14,254 bases of DNA, taken from assembly GCA_963977445.1 (NCBI GenBank), contig CAXBPH010000184.1, positions 1 through 14,254 of the forward strand, written 5' to 3'. The stretch's first letter is position 1. Every line of letters starts with the position of its first letter. The notes under the pieces were generated by a model. It worked only from the letters and a program-made list of their open reading frames with translations. It searched no databases and was not told the origin of the DNA. Below, in pieces: positions 8,141 through 14,254 of this stretch. The translations under genes and the position numbers were made by a program. The stretch comes from an uncultured bacterium (lineage in GTDB: Bacteria; Hydrogenedentota; Hydrogenedentia; Hydrogenedentales; JAEUWI01).

Positions 8141-9178
8141 TCAGTGGTCGTTCGCGGGTGGCTTCACCGAGTCGCGTAAGACAAGGTTCGTGTCCAAGAC
8201 GTTTACCCCCATTGCCGGAGCGTTTCCGGTTTCGAGCCAATCCATGAGGAGTCCGCTTGCCATCTCGGCGATAGCTTGGGCGGGTTGGGCAATCGTCGTC
8301 AGGGGCGGCGCTAAGAGGCGAGCATAGGGGTATTCATCAAAGCCGATAAGCGACACGTCGTCTGGGACGGAAAGGCCGCGATCAAGACAGGCACGCATTG
8401 CGCCCAGCGCACCGAGGGAACTGCTCGCGAAAAGGGCCGTGGGTCGTGCCGTTTGTTTCAGCAGCGCCTGGGCACTGTCATAGCCGTCGGCCTCTTCAAA
8501 CTTACTGCCCCGGACCCAGGAGGGGTCAAAGGGGAGTGCGTGGTCTGCCAGGGCACGTCGGTAGCCCCGCAACCGTTCGACATTGGGTTTGGAATCCGGA
8601 ATGCCTTGAAGAAAGCCGATACGACGGTGTCCATGGGTAATGAGATGGATGGTGCCGTCATAGGCCCCTTTTTCATTGTTGGCCGTCACATAGGGGATCG
8701 GAAGGTCATCGAAAAAACGGTCAACCAGCACGAGGGGAACATTGCGTTCGTATAATGCGCGAATGTGGTCGGACCCTTTGCCAATGGGAGAAACCAGGAG
8801 TCCATCTACCGCCCGATCAACCAAAAGGGATAGGGCTTCTTGCTCGATGGTCTCATCGTCTTCCGTATCGCAAAGTATGATGGCGTAGCCCCGTCGTCGG
8901 GCAGTTTTTTCGACCGTACGGGCGATGAGAGAGAAAAAGCTATTGGAAATATCGGGAATAAGCAGGCCAATGGTCTTTGTCTGTTGCAGACGAAGACTCC
9001 GGGCGAGCTGATTGACCGAGAATCCATGCTTGGCGGCGGTGGCCCGCACGCGCTGCTGAGATTGCTCACTGATACGAAAGTCGTCGCCTTTGCCCCCCAG
9101 CACCCGTGAAACTACGGATACGGAGAGACCCACTTCGCGGGCGAGATCTTTCATGGTGGGTTTTGATCGTCGAGGCAT
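8141..9178 (-). CDS. LacI-family transcriptional regulator
   Basis: N-terminal HTH TMKDLAREVGLSVSVVSRVL, hinge NQLARSLRLQQTKTIGLLIPDISNSFF, and sugar-binding domain motifs GHRRIGFL, VPDDVSLIGFD and PPLTTIAQP. The most plausible start is ATG 9178. Confidence 0.95.
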   Translation of the reverse strand: MPRRSKPTMKDLAREVGLSVSVVSRVLGGKGDDFRISEQSQQRVRATAAKHGFSVNQLARSLRLQQTKTIGLLIPDISNSFFSLIARTVEKTARRRGYAIILCDTEDDETIEQEALSLLVDRAVDGLLVSPIGKGSDHIRALYERNVPLVLVDRFFDDLPIPYVTANNEKGAYDGTIHLITHGHRRIGFLQGIPDSKPNVERLRGYRRALADHALPFDPSWVRGSKFEEADGYDSAQALLKQTARPTALFASSSLGALGAMRACLDRGLSVPDDVSLIGFDEYPYARLLAPPLTTIAQPAQAIAEMASGLLMDWLETGNAPAMGVNVLDTNLVLRDSVKPPANDH

Positions 9179-9184
9179 GGTCCG

Positions 9185-9190
9185 ATTATA
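9185..9190 (-). promoter_or_regulatory. Consensus -10 box of the LacI gene, probably giving a leaderless transcript
   Basis: The minus strand reads TATAAT-cggacc-ATG, a perfect -10 six nt before the start codon with no room for a Shine-Dalgarno. Confidence 0.55.
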
Positions 9191-9228
9191 GCGAAAGGCC
9201 ATGGGAGAATCGTACTTACCACAAATTG

Positions 9229-9244
9229 GCACAAACGATTGTGC
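9229..9244. promoter_or_regulatory. LacI-type operator, copy 1
   Basis: GCACAAACGATTGTGC is a near-perfect 16-bp palindrome with a central CG in the divergent LacI/hydrolase intergenic region. It matches the site at 12881-12896 at 14/16 positions. Confidence 0.75.
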
Positions 9245-9351
9245 GTTGGGTATATTGACGTATCGAATCGATATAGACTTTAGAATGCAGGTCGGCGACT
9301 TCCAGCAACACTGGTGACCGGCTGCCCTGAACCTTGGAGAAAGAACACGCA

Positions 9352-11340
9352 ATGATAGACCGATTGTTAAACTACCGATGGGGCGTCGCGATTGCCCTTA
9401 TACTGGGCGGCATCCCGTTTACGGCGATGGCCGAACCCCTTCGTGTGCCGAGCTGGGCCCACAACCATTTTCTCGATGGCAAGGTACGGGGCAATATAAA
9501 ATCCTATGACAAAGGGGTGCGCGGCAAGCCCGATCATGTGGTTTACAATGTGGAGGAAGGGGCTTTTCAGCGTCTGAGCAGCTGGCACGAATATGGAATC
9601 GATGCGGGGAGTGACCTCGGTATCGTGTCGGAAGATCAACCCGTGTGGTGGCGTTCGGAGTGGGAGACCCCGGTTACCTGCAACCTCATATCGTTGCGCG
9701 GTTGCTATCCCAACCAACCCCAGCCTGAGACCGCGTGGAAAATCGAACTCCGTAGCGATGGCGTCTGGCGCGAACATGCCCGTGGTGTCGGGGGCTGGTA
9801 CAACGACGGCTACTATGGCTGGCGTGTTCCCCTTGCGGAGGCCATTAGCTTCGATGGGTTTCGGGTAAGCCTCTTCAGCAAGGACGACAAAACCCCGCTG
9901 ACGAGCGTTCATTTTCGGGGAGAGACGGGCAATTCCTGGGTCGTGGCGGCCGTAAGTGATGTGGATGGGCGCCTGGTGGTCAATACGTCGCGGGTTCGAC
10001 TTTGGGAAAGCATTTCCTTTACCGGTGAGCCTATCGACAGCGATATTAGCACCTGGAACTGGGATTTTGGCGATGGTGCGACCTCAACCGAAAAATCCGT
10101 GATCCATACCTATGCCGAGCCGGGTACCTATGTGGTGCGCCTCAGTTTTTCCGACGGTGAAGAGCATGCAACGGTTAAAACGGAGGTTCAGGTAAACTCT
10201 CCCGTTCTCGCCCGCATCACGCCCCTCGAAAAGACCGTGCGCGCTGGCGACGTCGTCTCTTTCGATGCCAGCACGTCGTTGGGTCCGGTGAAGGAGACGT
10301 ATGTCTGGGATTATGGCGATGGAAACGGGGCGAATGGCGTCGCCGTCGATCACACGTTTGCTGCGCCGGGTTTCTACACCGTGCAGCTCAATGCGGGCGA
10401 AGGCGCTATCTCGGATGGGTGTTCCGCGCGGATTCGCGTCCATGCCCGTGATGCGGCAATCGTGCCGGAGTTATTGCTCGACTCCGATCAGAAGAATGAA
10501 CAAGACGACCAGTACTTTCTGGGCTACGCGGTGTTCAGCGAAATGGATTTACTGGGCATTAACAGCGTCCACCACGGTGGCGGTCAGGAGCAAATGAACT
10601 ACGACGAGATTGTTCATGTGCTGTCCCTGGCCAAAGAGAGTGGTGCCCCGGACGCGCGCCTGCCCCATATTTTTCGTGGTGCCGATAAACGCCTGGCGGT
10701 TCCGGAAAGTGGACGATGGGAAGACACCATGCCCATGGAAACGGCGGCGGCCGAGGCTATCCTCGCGGTGGCCCGGGGAGCTTCACCCGAGAATCCCCCG
10801 TGGATCGTTCCCGTCGGACCGGGGACCAACGTGGCGAGTGCCGTGTTGATGGCCCGCGAAGAAGGGCTCGACCTTACGACGCGGATTCGTATCATGTGGC
10901 TCGGTGGTTCCAACGACGCCATCACCCAGGAATTCAATGGGAACAACGATCCCTGGTCACTCTACGTGATCGGACAAAGTGGCGTGCCCCTCTGGATCAT
11001 GCCCGCACCCGTAGGTGCCCGGGTGCTGATTGACAAGCGTACGGAAACGGATTTGTACCCGAAGAATCCGCTCGGTGCCTATCTGGAGAAAATTACCCCA
11101 TCGAGAAACAAGCCCCTCTACGATCCTGCCGTGTTGTCGGCGATTATCGATATCCACGAGAATCTGGGCTGGATAAAGGGTGTGGAATACGCCATCCTGA
11201 AGGGCCCCGAGGAAAAGTATCGCTGGGAAACGACGACGACCAAGACCCCGGTGACGCTTATTCGGGAAATCGATGCCGAGGCCATGAAGAACGACATCTT
11301 TGATTCGTTGAAGGGCAATCCGACGGCCTTGCGGAAGTAG
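9352..11340 (+). CDS. Secreted multidomain protein: N-terminal Trp-rich beta domain (discoidin/CBM-like?), two PKD domains, C-terminal nucleoside hydrolase (IU-NH-like) domain
   Basis: ATG 9352 with upstream GGAG and a signal peptide ending PFTAMA. PKD motifs WNWDFGDG...HTYAEPGTY and YVWDYGDG...HTFAAPGFY. NH-family motifs LLLDSDQKNEQDD, VGPGTNVA, IMWLGG, EFN...DP and LYDP. Confidence 0.85.
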   Translation: MIDRLLNYRWGVAIALILGGIPFTAMAEPLRVPSWAHNHFLDGKVRGNIKSYDKGVRGKPDHVVYNVEEGAFQRLSSWHEYGIDAGSDLGIVSEDQPVWWRSEWETPVTCNLISLRGCYPNQPQPETAWKIELRSDGVWREHARGVGGWYNDGYYGWRVPLAEAISFDGFRVSLFSKDDKTPLTSVHFRGETGNSWVVAAVSDVDGRLVVNTSRVRLWESISFTGEPIDSDISTWNWDFGDGATSTEKSVIHTYAEPGTYVVRLSFSDGEEHATVKTEVQVNSPVLARITPLEKTVRAGDVVSFDASTSLGPVKETYVWDYGDGNGANGVAVDHTFAAPGFYTVQLNAGEGAISDGCSARIRVHARDAAIVPELLLDSDQKNEQDDQYFLGYAVFSEMDLLGINSVHHGGGQEQMNYDEIVHVLSLAKESGAPDARLPHIFRGADKRLAVPESGRWEDTMPMETAAAEAILAVARGASPENPPWIVPVGPGTNVASAVLMAREEGLDLTTRIRIMWLGGSNDAITQEFNGNNDPWSLYVIGQSGVPLWIMPAPVGARVLIDKRTETDLYPKNPLGAYLEKITPSRNKPLYDPAVLSAIIDIHENLGWIKGVEYAILKGPEEKYRWETTTTKTPVTLIREIDAEAMKNDIFDSLKGNPTALRK

Positions 11341-11355
11341 ACTCCTCAATTTAAC

Positions 11356-11401
11356 AAAGACGGGGTGATCGCACCTGTAGCGATCACCCCGTTTTCTATT
11401 T
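11356..11401. terminator. Probable bidirectional intrinsic terminator between convergent genes
   Basis: Perfect 13-bp stem ACGGGGTGATCGC (11360-11372) / GCGATCACCCCGT (11380-11392) with a 7-nt loop, T-rich tail on the + strand and A-rich left flank. Confidence 0.8.
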
Positions 11402-12806
11402 AATCGACCGAAATGATGACCCGAGCGTAGCGGGTGAGGGTAGGTGTTCCTGAATCACGTACCGTACACACGACGTGAAGGGTTTCACCGGACTTGGCCT
11501 CGTTGGGAAGCTGTACGGTGGCCTTCGCTTCCGTAGCGGCGTCGATGGTCACGGGAATCGGCAGGGTGCCCGCTTCGCCAAATTGCCACCATTGGTAACT
11601 CAGGGTGTCGCCATCGGGGTCGGTGGACGGTGACGCATTGAGCTCAAGGCTGGTACCGGGTTTTCCTGTCAGGCGGGTCGCGTGGGTCAGTGTCACGTCG
11701 GGTGCATGGTTGGCATCGTCGTATTCGGAGACGCACCAATCGGCCCGGGCCGCCCAGTCGTTCTGAAAGTCCGTTGCCCAGCGACCGATACTGTGTACCG
11801 GCGCGCCACGCACATCGGTGGAGAGCCAAATCTCGCCGTCTCGTTTGAAACGCCCACCCCAACCGCCAAAGGTGGGGTCCTCTTCGCTGCGCAAACCCGT
11901 GGGGATGACGTGCAGGTAGGAGGGCGTGTCGCCTTCGGAGTGAAAGCGGCGCTTCTTGGCTTCATACATGCCACAGAGGGGGCCATGGTTGTCGAGGATA
12001 TTCTTCGACATCCATTCCTCCTGAAATAAGGGGATCTGGTCGGGCTTCAAATATTTTTTCCAGGGATAGGCGATAACCTCGAAGGCCGGCCAGTCGCTCA
12101 AGAGTACTTCGATACCCGGCCATTCGGGAAGGATGTATTCCCGAAGGGTCTTGTCCTGCTCGGCGATGAGATAGAGCCGCGCTTTCTTTGTGACTTCCTC
12201 CACCCGATCAGGGTGTTCTTCTTTGATGGTCTTCAAGGCCTGCGCGATGGTGTTGGCACCACCCCAGGCCTGGAGCCAGATGGGGGAGTCGTCTTTTTCG
12301 AGGAGGACTTCCACGATGCGGTCTGAGCCCGGGGTAGACTTGCTCATATCCCCTTCAAAGCCAATATTACCCACATAGACTTGGGAACGGAGATAGTCGG
12401 GGGTGGGAAAGGTCGGATCGTGCTTCGTCAGGTTTGGGTACACGGCTTCATAGGCATCGAGCTGTTTGTCGAGCCACTCGACCGGTGCCCAGCCATTTTC
12501 CTGGTGGTTTTCATCCCCTTTCCAATGGAACTTGGAGCTGGAATGAATAATGCCTTTGATGTCCCACTCGTTGGCATAGAGGAGAAAGCGATCCATGGAA
12601 CAACGGTCATCGACCTCGCCATCGGTGGTGGCGATAATCCGGGTTTTCTTTTGGGCAGCTTTCTTTCCCTCGGCCATTGCGGACGGAGCGGAGAATGACG
12701 AAGTGACCAAGGCAAGTGCGAGTGTGAAAATGCCGATGTTTTTTCGGCGACGGGTTTTCCTGGCGGGGCACTGCTGGCCTGGCGCCACATGGGAATGTTG
12801 AAACAT
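11400..12806 (-). CDS. Secreted DUF1593 (Sde182-type nucleoside hydrolase-like) protein with C-terminal Ig-like domain
   Basis: Start reassigned to ATG 12806 (GAGGG RBS, basic n-region, signal ending SAMA). DUF1593 motifs RIIATTDGEVDDRCSMDRFLLYANEWD, WLQAWGGANTIAQAL, SEGDTPSYL, GGWGGRF, FQNDWAARADW and ANHAP, then an Ig-like tail LNASPSTDPDGDTLSYQWWQ. Confidence 0.88.
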   Translation of the reverse strand: MFQHSHVAPGQQCPARKTRRRKNIGIFTLALALVTSSFSAPSAMAEGKKAAQKKTRIIATTDGEVDDRCSMDRFLLYANEWDIKGIIHSSSKFHWKGDENHQENGWAPVEWLDKQLDAYEAVYPNLTKHDPTFPTPDYLRSQVYVGNIGFEGDMSKSTPGSDRIVEVLLEKDDSPIWLQAWGGANTIAQALKTIKEEHPDRVEEVTKKARLYLIAEQDKTLREYILPEWPGIEVLLSDWPAFEVIAYPWKKYLKPDQIPLFQEEWMSKNILDNHGPLCGMYEAKKRRFHSEGDTPSYLHVIPTGLRSEEDPTFGGWGGRFKRDGEIWLSTDVRGAPVHSIGRWATDFQNDWAARADWCVSEYDDANHAPDVTLTHATRLTGKPGTSLELNASPSTDPDGDTLSYQWWQFGEAGTLPIPVTIDAATEAKATVQLPNEAKSGETLHVVCTVRDSGTPTLTRYARVIISVD

Positions 12807-12878
12807 TGATATGAACCCTCTGGTTATAGAGCACGGGCCGTTTCGTTTGGAACCGACGATATTCGGCCTCTGCCCAAG

Positions 12879-12898
12879 TGGCACAATCGATTGCGCCA
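12879..12898. promoter_or_regulatory. LacI-type operator, copy 2
   Basis: TGGCACAATCGATTGCGCCA is a 20-bp palindrome with one mismatched pair. It lies directly downstream of the -10 of the DUF1593 gene promoter. Confidence 0.8.
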
Positions 12899-12927
12899 TC
12901 CTAGCGATATGTCCAACCCGCCGTCAA
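12898..12927 (-). promoter_or_regulatory. Sigma70-type promoter of the DUF1593 gene
   Basis: TTGACG (12927-12922), 18-nt spacer, TAGGAT (12903-12898), followed by the operator. Confidence 0.6.
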
Positions 12928-12933
12928 ATCAAT

Positions 12934-13469
12934 GTGATGGATGATTGTCCCGGGACAGCCTTTGCGCCCAAGAGACCCAGTGTAGGTGGTTCGTCGTTGT
13001 TTCTTGTGTTTATTGGCGAAAGTCGGAAGACATTATAGCGCGAGGCTGTCCCGGCTTTGCTGGCGACGGTCGTGTGGCGGGGTGGTCTTGGCGACGTGGC
13101 TTGATTGTGGTTTTGTATTGGATGGTTTTTCGTGGTCTTCGCTTCCGCTTGGACGTGGCGTACTGCCGGTACAGTCCCCGTCCCGCTGGGGCGTGACGGA
13201 TGACAGTCCCGGGACTGCCTTCGCGCCCAAGAGACCCAGTGTAGGTGTTGTGTTGTTGTGCCTTGTGTTTATTGGTGAAGGTCGGGAGACGTTATGGCGC
13301 GAGGCTGTCCCGGCTTTGCTGGCGACGGTAGTGTGGCGGGGTGATCTTGGCGACGTGGGGTGATTGTGGTTTTGTATTGCGGTTTTTTCGTGGACTTCGC
13401 TTCCACGTGGACGTGACGTACTGCCGGTACAGTCCCCGTCCCGCTGGGGCGTGACGGATGACAGTCCCG
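12934..13469. repeat. Tandem array of ~259-bp structured repeats downstream of the transposase (two full units plus the start of a third)
   Basis: Units at 12934-13192 and 13193-13450 are about 89% identical by manual count. An invariant 53-bp core occurs at 13159-13211 and 13417-13469. Confidence 0.95.
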
Positions 13470-13472
13470 AAG

Positions 13473-14111
13473 TTACTTTCGTTTTGAAAGTATCTCTTTT
13501 ACCCTTTTTAGAAAGACTGCGTTACCCATGGGCTTTCCGCTTCGGGAGTATTCGCGGATTGTTTCACAGAAGTCGTTTTTTCCCAGACTACTGCGCAGGA
13601 AATCCTGCCAGTACTCGGTCGTGAAGCGGGACCGCCACCGTTCCAAGTTAAGCACGGCGCTTGATACGGATGTTGTGCAATGTGGTGGCGCACTAGACCA
13701 AGGGTATTCCCAAGGTGTAGTCAGGAATCCTGCGCGCACGGGGTTGAGTTCCACGTAGGCCAGTGCGTTGATGGTATGTTCTTCATCCATCGGACAAGAG
13801 TAAAAACGACTTTGCCAGAGATGCCCATGCACGTGGTATTTCTGCTGGAAATGAATCGTGTATTGCATATGGGTGCGGCCGATTGCTTTTGCGAGTGAAT
13901 TCTCTTCAGCAGGAACCCCAACAATATGTACGTGATTGGGCATCAGACAGTAGGCAAGGATTCGCAAGCGGTGCAGTGGGGCGTAGTGCGCCAGTAAAGA
14001 GAGATAGCGGTGATGGTCCTCGTCATCGTAGAAGACGGTTTGTTTGTTGTTGCCCCGCTGCGTGATGTGATGCGCGATCCCAGGGAGCACTATCCGTGCT
14101 GTTCTAGGCAT
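13473..14111 (-). CDS. rayT: REP-associated tyrosine transposase (Y1/HUH, IS200-like fold; RAYT/TnpA-REP)
   Basis: 212 aa. MPRTARIVLPGIAHHITQRGNN, AYCLMPNHVH (HUH), GHLWQSRFYS, YVELNPVRAG (catalytic Tyr with NPxxAG) and YPWSS. Flanked on both sides by the same repeat. Confidence 0.92.
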   Translation of the reverse strand: MPRTARIVLPGIAHHITQRGNNKQTVFYDDEDHHRYLSLLAHYAPLHRLRILAYCLMPNHVHIVGVPAEENSLAKAIGRTHMQYTIHFQQKYHVHGHLWQSRFYSCPMDEEHTINALAYVELNPVRAGFLTTPWEYPWSSAPPHCTTSVSSAVLNLERWRSRFTTEYWQDFLRSSLGKNDFCETIREYSRSGKPMGNAVFLKRVKEILSKRK

Positions 14112-14117
14112 GCAACA

Positions 14118-14147
14118 AAGATATCGGGTTTAGTAAATTAAAGTCAA
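14118..14147 (-). promoter_or_regulatory. Sigma70-type promoter of the transposase, probably leaderless
   Basis: TTGACT (14147-14142), 18-nt spacer, TATCTT (14123-14118), 6 nt, then ATG 14111. Confidence 0.55.
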
Positions 14148-14155
14148 CATCGGAT

Positions 14156-14254
14156 GATTGGATGGTTATTCGTGCTCTTCGCTCTCACGTGGACGTGTCG
14201 TACTGCCGGTACAGTCCCCGTCCCGCTGGGGCGTGACGGATGACAGTCCCGGGA
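14156..14254. repeat. Further copy of the tandem repeat unit upstream of the transposase, truncated by the window edge
   Basis: ATTGGATGGTTATTCGTGCTCTTCGCT...GGACGTG aligns with about 13117-13158. The 53-bp core at 14199-14251 is identical to the other two copies and continues as CCCGGGA. Confidence 0.95.

Noticed and set aside
9255..9286. TTGACG...TAGAAT as the promoter of the PKD-hydrolase gene, with the palindrome TATCGAATCGATA (9261-9273) as a second operator
   Set aside because: The 20-nt spacer is too long for a confident sigma70 call, and the palindrome does not match the repeated operator motif.
12879..12898. Sigma54 promoter (TGGCAC...TTGC) here and at 9227-9244
   Set aside because: The GG-to-GC spacing is 11 nt rather than the required 10, and the dyad symmetry fits a LacI operator better.
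12811..13624. Short ORFs over the repeat array (12811-13038, 12945-13196, 12986-13363, 13033-13230, 13364-13624)
   Set aside because: They are translations of the repeat. The 259-bp period of the first unit breaks frame and no protein motifs are recognisable.
12934..14254. CRISPR array
   Set aside because: The ~205-bp segments between the 53-bp cores are homologous to each other rather than unique spacers, the period is far too long, and no cas gene is present.

Overview
GC-rich bacterial genomic window with eight supportable protein genes. In order: the 5' part of a secreted sulfatase (-, runs off the left edge); a probable lipoprotein fusing a CX5R phosphatase/sulfurtransferase-like domain to a C-terminal cytochrome c'-like CxxCH domain (-); a ~1017-aa secreted heparinase II/III-like lyase (-); a secreted Kelch-repeat protein and a LacI-family regulator (both -); a secreted PKD-PKD-nucleoside hydrolase-like protein (+) convergent on a secreted DUF1593 nucleoside-hydrolase-like protein (-), with a shared hairpin terminator between them; and a REP-associated tyrosine (Y1/HUH) transposase (-). 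The same LacI-type palindrome GCACAAwCGATTGyGC lies in front of both nucleoside-hydrolase-like genes, which suggests a small local regulon. The transposase sits inside an array of ~259-bp tandem repeats with an invariant 53-bp core, and its 3' end joins the centre of the repeat's palindrome. Other intergenic regions hold several unrelated repeat types: REPIN-like pairs, a probable empty IS200/IS605-type element and 9-nt-period inverted repeats. All calls come from reading motifs by eye; no searches were run.
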